A stretch of DNA of 64,000 nt from Owenia fusiformis (Eukaryota): positions 13,144,001-13,208,000 of the forward strand of contig CAIIXF020000001.1 in assembly GCA_903813345.2 (NCBI GenBank), read 5' to 3'. Shown one piece after another: positions 1-12,300 of the stretch. The notes under the pieces were generated by a model. The model did not search any database and was not told the origin of the DNA. It saw nothing but the letters and a program-made list of their open reading frames with translations. Each line of letters begins with the position of its first letter. The stretch's first letter is position 1. The position numbers and the translations under genes are program-made.

Positions 1-44
1 TTCGGTGGGATTTGCTACTCCGTGGAGTTGCTGTTTTTCTAGTT
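1..44 (+). mobile_element. 3' end of a Helentron-associated (HINE/DINE-1-like) non-autonomous element, truncated by the window edge
   Basis: GGTGGGATTTGCTACTCCGTGGAGTTGCTGTTTTTCTAGTT is nearly identical to the 3' end (sub-terminal IR + hairpin + CTAGTT) of the element at 61833-62553. Confidence 0.7.
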
Positions 45-876
45 ACAGTATATACTGTATATTCATTATTCACTCTGCTGTAACTAGCACCCATGCCTCC
101 TTCTACTGAGATGCTACTGTCTGTGGTAAATGATATAATTAATCATCTGTCTGACAAAAAAATCCCTTGTGGCTTATGTGTGTGTTAACTAATGAACTGT
201 TGATCTAATAGCCGTAAATTACATGTACAAATGACCTATTGTTAAGTGATATAAGTCACCATGATCTTCAGGCAATTTTGACATTTGAGACTTTTAAGTT
301 GATTTAAAACAAAATCATTGACATTTGATTCAATAGAGCTTGTCATGTAATGCCATTTTGGGCTAATTCACATAATCAGATAACTATTTAACCTGTATAC
401 TCGAGGTCAACTGGGTAGATTGTTCACCTTCATTGTCTAATGTTGCTGGATAGTTTCAAGGCCAGGATATATCAAGGGGTGAAGAATCTCTTATCTGTAA
501 ACTTTGAATGAGAATCAATAGAATTTGTTATTCTGAGTAACTATAACCTCAAAAACAAAAACCCTGAAAAGTATAAATTTGCAGAATCCATGTGAATAGG
601 TTTGTTTTATATTCTGCCTAATTTTCGTTTGTTACAACTCTTGCACTTCATTTATTGGACATTGTGAGTATGTTAATTGGCCACTTAAAAATCCAAAATA
701 CATGAGGGTTTTAGTTTACATATATACTAATCAATGCAATTTTTTGGAGAACATTGGCCAGATAGGTTCTTATCAAGCCAAGATGGCACTGTTTGATATA
801 ATCAAAGACACCAGACAAATGACTTTCTCCATGGCATATCCTTTTTGGCAATTTAAGAATTAGCTGGATACATCTG

Positions 877-1278
877 TGTATTTCATACCTATTGAGGTTC
901 TAGGTACATAACGAGCGGGAATATTTACTGTATCTAGCCAAGGCCCGGGGCGGGATGGATACACGCTGTATCCATCCCGGTCCCGCTCCTGAATTTTTTT
1001 TCACAATTTAAAAAAAAAAGATTTTTCAAATTTTTTTCAACTTTTTTTTTTCAAAATTTTTTTTTCTATTTTTTCCAAAAAATATTTTCCCATTCTTTTT
1101 CAAAATTTTTTTCCCATTTTTTTCAAATTTATTTTTCAAAATATGAGTTATATGAGTTTGAAAATCTCAGAAACTTAAAAAACCACTTTATAACACCAAG
1201 AAAATGCGTATCTTAAGTATATTTTTGAATTTTGGAAGGTATATGACGTACCTAGAACATCAGTAGGTATGAAATACA
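877..1278. mobile_element. MITE with TGT...ACA termini and 4-bp TSD (Ginger-like termini)
   Basis: About 31-bp TIRs TGTATTTCATACCTATTGAGGTTCTAGGTAC / GTACCTAGAACATCAGTAGGTATGAAATACA. TCTG is duplicated at 873-876 and 1279-1282. No coding capacity. Confidence 0.8.
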
Positions 1279-1281
1279 TCT

Positions 1282-1361
1282 GTTATGTACGGTCGGTTTT
1301 GGATACAGGGTTTATCCCTCGGGAAATATGTGTATATCCCTCGGTCCCTCGGGATATACAC
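1282..1361. repeat. Left part of a small fold-back (hairpin) repeat split by the giant transposon; the right part is at 32117-32175
   Basis: Removing 1362-32120 rejoins ...TTTATCCCTCGGGAAATATGTGTATATCCC...GGGATATACAC|ATATTTCCCTTGGGATAAAACCTGTATCCAAAACC into one imperfect palindrome. Confidence 0.75.
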
Positions 1362-1555
1362 AAGTCCTGACTATTTGATAAAGGAAAAAACCATTTGTTC
1401 CTTTTATTTGAGTCAAAAAATAGAAAAACACCATTGTAAAATGTAATTTTTGAAATGAGATACTTTATTTCAGATAGACAATTTGTAAATCAAATAGCAA
1501 CATTTATTTTATATTTGTAAATCAGTGTTAATACTTTAAGTTATTGCTTCCAATA
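1362..1555 (+). repeat. Left terminal inverted repeat of the giant transposon
   Basis: First 15 bp are identical to the reverse complement of 32102-32116. About 13 mismatches over the first ~129 bp by manual alignment, with weaker similarity out to ~190 bp. Confidence 0.9.
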
Positions 1556-1589
1556 TATGCTAAAAATGTATCAAAAAGGTGAATCTGTT

Positions 1590-2765
1590 GGTTATAGAAC
1601 TCTCTATACAAGAGATAGTCCTTCAAGTGTAGACATGTATAAAGAAGACCGAATAATTATCCGTATAGAAATTTCTATACGAAACAAGCTACTCATTCAT
1701 ATAGAAATTTCTATATTAGAGAAATGGTTGCCGTTAAGAAATGCTGCCTGTATAGAAATTTCTATAGCAAACTCGATGACTATACGTATAGAAATTTCTA
1801 TACGAGGCAAACTAACAATAGAAAAGATGCATACTTGGAAATGGTTACATTTCTTCATGTGTATAGAAATTTCTATAGCATACCCTATAACTGTCCGTAT
1901 AGAAATTTCTATACGAGGCAAGTTAACAATGTATATAAAAATATCCATACTGGGGAAATGGCTGCATGGCTGGCTGCATGGCTGGTATTCTCGATTACTA
2001 TTCGTATAGAAATTTCTATACGAGGCAAACTAACAATAGAAAAGATGCATACTTGGAAATGGTTACATTTCTTCATGTGTATAGAAATTTCTATAGCATA
2101 CCCTATAACTGTCCGTATAGAAATTTCTATACGAGGCAAGTTAACAATGTATATATAAATATCCATACTGGGGAAATGGCTGCATGGCTGGCTGCATGGC
2201 TGGTATTCTCGATTACTATTCGTATAGAAATTTCTATACGAGGCAAACTAACAATGTATATAGAAAGATGCATAGTTGGAAATGGTTGAACGTATCATGT
2301 GTATAGAAATTTCTATAGGATACCTTATAACTGTCCGTATAGAAATTTCTATACGAGGCAAACTAACAATGTATATAGAAAGATGCATACTTGGAAATTA
2401 TTGAATATATCATGTGTATAGAAATTTCTATAGCATACCCTATAACTGTCCGTATAGAAATTTCTATACGAGGCAAGCTAACAATGTGTATTAAAAATAT
2501 CCATACTAGGAAAATGGCTGCCCGTATAAAAAATTCTATAGCATATCCGATAACTGAAGCAAAGAAATTTCTATACGAGGCAAGTTAACAATGTTTATAG
2601 AAATATCTATACTAGGGGAATGACTGCCTGTATAGACATTTCTATTGCATACCCTACAATTGTCCGTATATAATTTTCTATACGAGGCAAGTTAACAATA
2701 TATATAGAAATATACGAGGCAAACTAACAATGTATTTAGAAATATGTATACTACGGAGATGGCTG
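1590..2765. repeat. Left subterminal array of palindromic boxes (C)GTATAGAAATTTCTATAC(G)
   Basis: 14 exact copies of the TAGAAATTTCTA core plus degenerate copies. Units are ~106-123 bp, with a near-identical 218-bp higher-order repeat (starts 1785, 2003, 2221). Confidence 0.95.
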
Positions 2766-3348
2766 ACCTCATGACAAGGCAGCCGGGATGAAAACAAAAA
2801 AGATAACAAGGTATCAAAGTAAGCAGGTACGAGGTACTTTATAAGCATTTCTTTAGCCGGTCTAGTGATCTGTTAATTGTGTCCGTTGCCCATTTTAGTG
2901 ATAAAGGTGGTGCCATGGTCCCTAATCTCCCTATTAGCCACTGCACTTAGCATGTCTAAAAATCTTTGTGAATAACTGTCACAGACATGTGGACTGAACC
3001 CTGCCATGATGAGAACTGCTATTCTAAAAAGACCTTACATCACTTCTTCAATATAAACATGTTCACATTAGACAAAATGGTCTGTATGAATTTGTATGTG
3101 GCCACGAATCACAACCATAATACTTTAATTTTAGGCTGCCTCTATCAGAATACAAAATGACTGTCTTTATAGAAATGTCCACATGAGACAAGATTGCGAT
3201 CCATAAATAAGTTTTCTAGTTGAACTACTTTCAGTAACCATGAATGTTCTTAATCAGTAATAACTACAACTTATACTAATATCCTATGTCGTATGTGCAG
3301 TTATCTTACACAACATTGGTCATTTATAGAATCATACTGCGCCAAATC

Positions 3349-6300
3349 TCAGCCTACCGTCACTTCCAAGACCGTTATATTACGACCAGATGTGAGCATC
3401 ATATCACGATGATATGGAATGTTGCAATGTTTTTGCGCTGATTTCAGAGAAATAGACTGATCGATGTGCTCTCGAATGTGTGCTTTCAATATTGCAAGAT
3501 AAAGTAGATACATCAGATTCATGTATTGGTATAAGAAGATGAAGTCGAAAATTAGATCAATGTAAACCTCGAGGTTGATAATAAAAAGTATCCAAATGTC
3601 CTTTGTTAGATCATATGGTATAAACTGTCCCCAGGGTTGAAAATGGAAATTTTCAGATCTGCAGCGATTCACTGAAAAAAGATAAACAAAGAATTATTAT
3701 AATGATTAGCTTCAACTAATGCCTTGAAAATAAGTACATGGGTGTGATGGGTTCCCATTGCAACTTCTTAAAGTTTGTTTCCACTTAAATATTGTAATTG
3801 AATGGCTATCACTCTGAAAATGGACTTCTTAAAAAACATATGGAGTGAATTCAATGATTCTAACCATTATATCTCTAAATAATATGTCTGTAACAAATAG
3901 GAATTGATAATATGGTAGTAATATAATGAAAGTAATGTTAGCTTTAAAGCTTTTGATTAGTAGTTTTCATTACTACATTATACAGGGCGTATCAAAAAAA
4001 TGCAACAAGTAATTATCTCGTAAAATTCCAAGACTACTGATGACTACATGAATTTCATTTGATGTACCATAAAGCCACGTCTCTCCTCTTTGCAATGATA
4101 TGTCATTCATTCACATGTGGTAATGGTTGGGTGAGAAATCCTTCCATTTGCACAGTGGGTCAAAATCGACTCTGGGCCAAGTTTTAGATATTGCAAAAAT
4201 CAGTGCAAGGGCTAATTGCCAATGGAAGTTCCTCTGACTTCAATTGTTGTGACTTTTTCTTTTGGAGCTATCTCAGGAGCATCTGTGCTCACAATTCCTC
4301 CACCAGATATTGCAAAACCTCGAGAAAGAATTGCCCATGGGCTGCTTTTCTCTGCTTTAACCCACGGATGACTCCATGCATGACATGGAGAGATTAGGGC
4401 TTCTTTATGTACAAAGAAGTGGTGGCAATTTTGTATAGGATGTATTCTTGCAAGAGTATGAGTATGAATACTTTACTGTCTATGCCACACCTGTCACACC
4501 TTCTTCCATTGGGCCCTATGCCCCTTGTACTGACTTTTGCAATGTTTAAAACTTGGGTCCGAGCTGAAATTTGACCCACTTTACAAAATTAATGGTTATT
4601 CGGCCAGCCATGACTCTCTGTGGATGAATGATATTCCATTGCAAAGAGGAGTAATTTGGCTTTTTGGTACATTGAATGAAAAGGATGCAGTCAGCATTGG
4701 TTTCATGTTTTCTTCCAATTTTGCATCGGGCTCCGTACACTGACTTTTGCGATGTTTATAACTTGGTCAAGAGCTAATTTTGGCCTACTTGGCAAATGGA
4801 ATGATTACTCGCCCAACCATGACCAAATATCAATGAATGATATATCAATGTAAAGAGGAGACACATGGCTTTATGGTGCATTGAATGAAATCAATGCTGT
4901 TATCACTGGTTTTGTGCTTTTCCGAGATAACAATCTGTTGCGTTTTTTTTGACACGCACTGTATTATCAAGAATTATAAAGCATACCGATTTTCTGCCTC
5001 AACTTCGTCGTTTTTCTTTTCCTTTGCACATTTTCCTCAGAGCAGGGCGTCCTTTTAGAAAAGGTTTTCTGAACTTCACCTAAATTATATGCAAAAATGA
5101 TTGATTTGAAATTAATTTAAAGTTGATTTTGAAAACTAACACATAGTTTAAATATATTTTTCATAATAGACTGAATCCTAGACGAAGTTTGTTCTATGCA
5201 TTCGTTTATCGACTCATGTTATATTTGAACTAATTTTTTGTACTCATCACGTGGTAAAATTCAAATTGAAAGGGAACATTTTTACCTTTATCTATACTGT
5301 TACTTGTTTTGCTTTGTCCCACTCTCCCACGAGATTGTTTTTTTCTTTTAGCAGATTTGTCTGGAAGCATGGATATAAGCCTGATAAATTATTAAATAGT
5401 TAAATAATACACAATACAAAACAAACCTTTCACGTGGAAATTTGATTAACACAATGTTTAGGAAAATAACTATAAGCCCATAAGGACATACCCTACGTGA
5501 TATTAGGCTACAATCACGTGTCACAATTACCCATTTGAAACAATAAGTGCCTATGTTCGAATAAGCATTTCTTCATTAATAAATCGAATATGCATGGTGT
5601 TTCATATATATGCACCCCATTAAAACTCATACATGTATCATCGCCAACCTGTCATGATTTGACTATCAAAGGGGAATAAATCTTTCGAAATATTTTATTT
5701 TAACATAGCGAATGTAAAATAACTATGAATTAATCTTTCCTAAAAAGTTGCAGTGTGATACGAGGCTACAATCACGTGTCTAAAAGAATGTTATGACTGA
5801 CAATCTTTTTAATACATGAAGTATTGATTTAATATACCTGTCCCTTGTGTGCCTCCCTTCCTTTTAGCAGCTGTCTTTTTACCCACCACAATCTAGAATG
5901 ATAATTCGAGGTCAAAATCAGATGACTATGAATGAGTTACAACAATCATTACATCATGTAACCTGTTAATGTAACGATATAATTATAAGATAAAATAGTT
6001 TTGTTTTATTGCAGAAATAGTTTAAACTATGCATTTCCATTTTCTTTCACCCTTCCCTTTGGCATTTGTGCTTATATATCCATATAACCAAGATATCTAA
6101 TCCTTTATGTTTAAATTAGAGTATTCTTATACAGGCATGCTAGTTATTTCGCAATTGCCAGACATTACTAATCTGTCGGCAAGCAGAATAATCATTAGTA
6201 TAATTATATTTACAATACAATGGTATACAGATGAAGAAATGAGAGGCTTGGGATACAGGGTATATCTTGATGAGAGGAATACAATATATCTGCCCAATTG

Positions 6301-9300
6301 ATCTAGGGTCGATTTATCTTGTGCGTTATTTACCTTTAGTACTACGGAATACAGGATATACATATGTACTTGTATGTATACATTTACCCAGCACACAAGT
6401 GCTCCTTTCTAATCACACCACTCACCGTTGGTTGTTCTTGTTCTATTTCTAACATTCTGACGACTTCGCTTGGAATGGCTGACTCTATTGTGGGTTGCTC
6501 CTCATGTGACAATTTGGGCAATCCGGCAAACATCCACTGTGTTTTGAATTTTAGCAGATACTGATTGATGAGTGCATCGGATGACAGAAAAGCTCGTATA
6601 CGCTTAATATACTTTTGCCACCAGATATATTGACTGGCGTCCCTCTGGTCACTGTACAATGGTCGTAAGAATCGTTGGTTTCGTTCTATCCCATCGATAT
6701 TCAATTTTTCAAAATTCGGTGTCTGCAAAACTGGCTCCCCTTTCGGAAGCGTTTTTAAAATGGAAGGAGCCTCAACCCACGGTTGCGTATGGAGCCCCTT
6801 ATACAGTAACTTCACGCCGTTTGAGGTCTTAATAAATTTGAAATGCAAAGGTTTTGTGTGGTGCTTTATCTCATTAAGATGTGGTTCTATCCACTTACGG
6901 AAATTGTAGACAACATTTATTCTTTGTCCGTTTTTCAGCAGATAAAGAAGATCATCCATTGTCTCTGCCTCTTGTTGTCTGAGACTATCAGCAATCTTGT
7001 GGAAATAGGAATCGATGTCCTCATGCGTGTGTCCCACTATCAAAAATGATAGTTCAATCTACAAATAAACCATGCGTTCACTGTTAAAAACGTAACTTAT
7101 GTAATGGACGGGGAAATGCATGGGCAAATGTTAGTTGTTCCAAACGTATTTGAGTTGAGATATTTTAAGGAGTAGAAATATTAATATTAGCATGACGATT
7201 GTGTATTTTTCAAACAATGATAATGAAAAAGAATTGCATCTTAAAGGAGTCGGAGATTGCAATTCTTTTTTCAACGAGTCTCTATGTGCGGTAACTCAAT
7301 AAATGCAGATACAGAACATACATTTCTGAAGAATAACTACAAGCATACTCTGGATTGTGACATCATTTTTGTACGATTTCTCAAATGCATAGTTTAACTG
7401 CTTATCGTCGGGGGAAATATACACATATTCTAGTCATCGATGGTATCCATTGGTTCGATTTTGAGTTAATTACCTCTTTAAAAACGCCATTCCTAATAAG
7501 GAGTTCACAGAATCCAAGCATGAATCGATTTTTGTTCTCCCTCCAACAGTTATCGGCTTGTAGATAAAGGGTGGGGGGCAATTTGTTACCCTAAAAATCA
7601 ACAATTAATGTACAAGTATTTGTACAAACACTACTATTTAAAACTGTCATGTAATTTACATTTATAGTCTAGGTTCTAACCCCTGTGATGCCCCACTGCC
7701 ACTAGACATTGGGTTGATAAAAAAGAAAAAAGGCTACGGTCTTCAAGCAAGACTAGATTAAAGAAAACATGTTTTTTTATGAATTGGTTATGAAAATCTT
7801 CAGCCTGTAGACAATTATACTATAGTATATATGATCACATACCATTTTTGCAGCGATTGTTTGCAACACGAGGAGAATAACGTTGATTGATAGGTTGGAA
7901 TCATGCGGGTATTCACAGGTGTCAATAAATGTCCTAAACAACCTATGGCCATGAGATATCACACCAGTGATATGCGTCTTTAGCAGGTCTCCCTGTCCAA
8001 CGGATTTAGCTTTAGAGCCTATAAGATGTGGGAGTGACGTTTTGCCTGAAGAAATATAAATAAATCATGCGAATGCGAAGTTCAGAGAGATATCTCAATT
8101 GGAATCTGTCATTTTTTATTATGACTCATTTTCATTTATGTGTATCGGACGATAACAATATACCTTTATGTTTGGTAATAAGCGTCGATAAAGCAAAACA
8201 GTATAGAGTATAATGCCCAGCTAATGCCTATGTCACATTTGCTCCCATTCATTGGCCGGCGCCCGGCCGATTGTCGTTTTTTGGTCAGAACTGATTTCAA
8301 CTTGCCTTAGATTGAACAAACATTTTTGTAAAGCATGAACAAGTTCTCATGAGCCTACACATGACCTCAAATTGAGATGTGACCTTCAATTTTGAACAAA
8401 ATATTCAATTGGCAATGTTCCGGCCGAATCGGAGCAAAGGTTACTCAAAGTTAGGCACGATATATACTATTTTTAATTTTTAACAATCTTTATAGCTTTC
8501 CGATTAGAATTCCGTTACGCGTTACTTCCATCGGATATGATTTATATGTTAAGTTGTGATTTTTAAGAAAAAATCGTGTACATCAAAATACGTATGGAAC
8601 TGTTACATGTAAATAATAAAAACTCTAAATTAATTTACCTTGATCCATGCCGTCAAAAATAATAGAGAGGTACTGTGTCGGTTCATTCCTCGATTGTTCC
8701 CGTTTATTATAATAATATTGCCTCTCCATCCTGTAAAATAAAATATAAATTGATAAATCCCCATTTTATATATTCGAAAATCATATTCAATATCATATTA
8801 ATTATATCTAATCGTATCAAATTGTATTAAATCGTTTTAAAAACGTAAATTAAAGCGTGGAGCGGAGATCGTGTCCATGTATTAAGAAACTTAAGAATAT
8901 GCGTTTTCAATACCTGGGTTTGATCTTTGTAAATGTGTCTGTGCTCGTTACAATGAGATAACAAAGATCGATAAGTTGTTTAGTAAAATAATAAAATATG
9001 ATATTTAATTGCAATCAACGAAACTCAGTGTTAGTTTGTTATTAAAACAACGGGCTGGTTGTTGAGAGTGGGTGCGTGGTTTTCGAATAATTAGATACAT
9101 GAAACCATATAGTCCTATGTACACAATGTACAGTAATGCCTGGGTAACATGTGCCCAGATTCATCGCCCGTCGCACGGCCGATTGAGTATTCTGTCCAAA
9201 ATTGTATAGTTTTGACCAATATACTCATTCGGCCGCGCCCGGGCCGATGAATCGGAGCAAATGTCACCAAGGCTAAGTCAGGTAATCAGACATTATACAT

Positions 9301-12300
9301 ATGATTTTTTGAATGTATTAGGTACGTATGAAGTCCTTTACTCCAATGTAAATTCATTCTGATAACATAATAGCATCTTTCTGTTTCACCTCTCAGGGCT
9401 GAGGAGAAATGAGATTTCATGGTTTACCATGGTGATGTAAATTTGATAATCAGAGATTGTTATGTGTAATGCGAAACGCATGCGGTTAAACCAGTGCATT
9501 CAATCCTTTAATCATATACAATACATTGATGGATCAAGATGCACGAAACATGTTTGTTCTTCAAATTCAAATAAAGATATATAGTCCAGGAGTAAACGGA
9601 TGAAAAACCTAAGAAATTTAGCTGGCCATAAATATTGTTTCAATGACAGAATAGATTATCTAAATGTTTCCGTTTGAAATTCTATATCTCTGTTCATATG
9701 AGTATACTAGTAGATAGAATATCTATATCAGCTACTTGAATGTGAAAGCAACTTTTAATACTTGTAGTTAAAATGCAGAGTTTTTACATTTCAATTAGAG
9801 CATAGGCGTGGGGGGGGGGGGGGGGGTTGCAATTGGTGATCGCCCCATTACCATGAGAAGAAAAGAGCTTTGAAATGATTTTTATTTGACGCTTCTAGCT
9901 CAATTTATTATAAAGGAAGTTGCATAAATTTTCGTGAAATTCAAGATAAATCTTAATTGTTGGCTTTTTATGCCACAATCGCATCCCCTGACTGAAAATG
10001 GATTTTTTGGCGATCGCACAAGCCCCCCCCCCCCCCAATTTAATTGTGGAAAATGTCAAACATTTTTTTCCATGATTACTTGTCAAGCGTAGGTTCTATG
10101 CGGAGGATGAGTAAGGACCCCGATTAGCAATATACTCATCTAATAATATAACCACATTTAAGGCAAACATTGCTTCTAAAATATGTGAACGAAATACGCC
10201 GATGATGAATAAAATACTATAATGCTCGGTATGCCTATCTACAAAATTGACGAAAAGTAAAAATATAAAATAAATATATAAATGGCACACGCTTCTAAGG
10301 ATGAGTAAAATGTCCCTATATTACGCAAGCGAAATCAGTTAATATTAATATAATACAAGTGACAATAAATAAATTAATTAATTGGTCATCATTATCTACT
10401 GAATCAAAGGATATAGAAATTACTCTGTGCTTGGAGAGATGCAATCGGTTACCTGACCAACTCTGAATTCGAATGAATGGGTATTAAAATTGACCAAATC
10501 GAAACCAATTCAAGACAACGCAACTTTTGCGCATGCACTACTATAATATGTTATTCAAATGGGAATTGACCTCCAGTTGACATTTCAATATTTGTGTTAA
10601 TTTCGTGAAGTCCTACCAAAATCAAAGACATAACGAAATGTCCTAGGAAAGCGTACTTGTTACTCGATATAGATAAAGGACCAGGCTTACTGTTATCACC
10701 TTTGACGAGAAGAATTTTCTTCAGAGGTTTATTGACGAATTGCATCTTGCAGCTGTTGTGATTAGAAATAGTCTAAAAAGTGTACGTGCGATGATAGCTC
10801 GAGTTTTTTGCCGAAACCTAATTAACCTAGCTATCATAAAATGAATTGTCTGTAAAATGCAATTTTCGAATAACAAATTGAACTAAGGAACAAAGTTACC
10901 AGCAATTTCGCTCGGGGACTTATTTACCCTAACGATCAGCAATCATTTATTCCAATGACTTAAAAGTGTAAATACTTACATTTGCCTATTGTTATGCTCG
11001 TTGAGTGCCTTTTTGATAAGTCTTCTTCGTTCTGGGTTCAGAGTTCTCTCAAGGCGTCTGTTTAGACTCACACATTTATCACATTTAGTGAAACAGTTTG
11101 TCTGAAATATAAACACGATTTTACTTGATATATATTAATCAACATACAAATTCCTGACAACGAACTTCACAAAGGATTTCAATGAGCCACTTTACTAAAC
11201 AACTTTAACCAGCCTAGGAAATCTTTCTATATATCTAAATTAACGAGATTTTTTCAGCGCATTTTTTAAATTTATGGATCCGTCACTAAAATTGTATGCT
11301 CTTTGAGATGCTGTAATCAATAGTAACACAAGTTACCAAACTCCAGAAAGAAACTGATTTTACAGTATGGTTCACAGCTAAATGATCTCACCCTGTTGTA
11401 AACTTAAGGTTCACATGTAAAGCTAAAGATTAATTACTAAGCTTATTGAAAGCTTATTCTGTGCTATATTATATAAATCACGGGTGACTTTTTACATTTC
11501 TAATGATTTTGCCATACTGCTATATTATACTGAGAAGGCCTATCTCACCATGGTAAAAAGGCCAAATATCAAATGTAAAATAAATAGCGGTCATATTTCA
11601 GTACCCTTTCATTTGTGTTTTGAGAAAGTGAACCATGATTTTGAAAATGATATGAATAACATTGCTAAATGTAACGCATTTTGACTAGTTTTTATTACTA
11701 GTTGCTGAAAATCGCAAGAAGAAAGCTGCCATTTTAAAATCGACCTTTTATATCTTTAGACCTTCAGTGTGATAAAAAAGCTATTGAAATTAAAAAACAT
11801 TATAGCAAATTATAGAGAATTTCTAGCACTTGTGATAGAATGGATTGCCTAGCTTCCCCTTCGTGAATATGCCTGTTTAGGCTAACAGAAGTATGTCGCG
11901 AATAAATTACTCAGTTTTATTTGCACCCCGGGTGTTGCACTAATAATATGATATTTTGATGTACCATAAATAATTTTAGCCGCGCATATCTGGTTAGTAT
12001 TACAATACCAAATTATGTAACATGTGAATTTGGAGTTTCAGTAAGTTTAAATATTACATTTAGATGGATTATTCACTTGCAAAACTTTCAAAATCATAAG
12101 TATTCAGATTGAAATAACTTTACAACTTAGTAGAGAATGTGGTAAAGAATTAATTAATTATTACAAACCCCTTTATAATAAGGATAACATGACCTAATTC
12201 TTGTTTGGGCAAGGTAAAACTTTATTTTGTCTAAAAATTGTTTACAAGTAAACAAAGCTAGTTCCTACTCCCTACATGTACGTACACTACAATTAGTTCT

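Noticed and set aside
1557-2588. Overlapping ORFs on both strands with RIEISI / YRNFY repeats (also 31499-32069)
   Set aside because: These are translation artefacts of the palindromic DNA array. The same peptide appears on both strands because the box is self-complementary.
1650-2765. CRISPR-like appearance (palindromic repeats with ~20-bp to longer spacers)
   Set aside because: The spacers are themselves repeated, spacing alternates, there are no cas genes, the context is eukaryotic with spliceosomal introns, and a mirrored array sits at the other TIR.
5361-5380. Alternative acceptor for the transposase exon starting at 5380
   Set aside because: It leads to an in-frame stop. The TTCCAG acceptor giving an exon start at 5360 keeps the frame and the KR-rich character.
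9895-10086. Similar short ORFs here and at 21298-21561
   Set aside because: They lie within the duplicated non-coding repeat/MITE and have no protein-like features.
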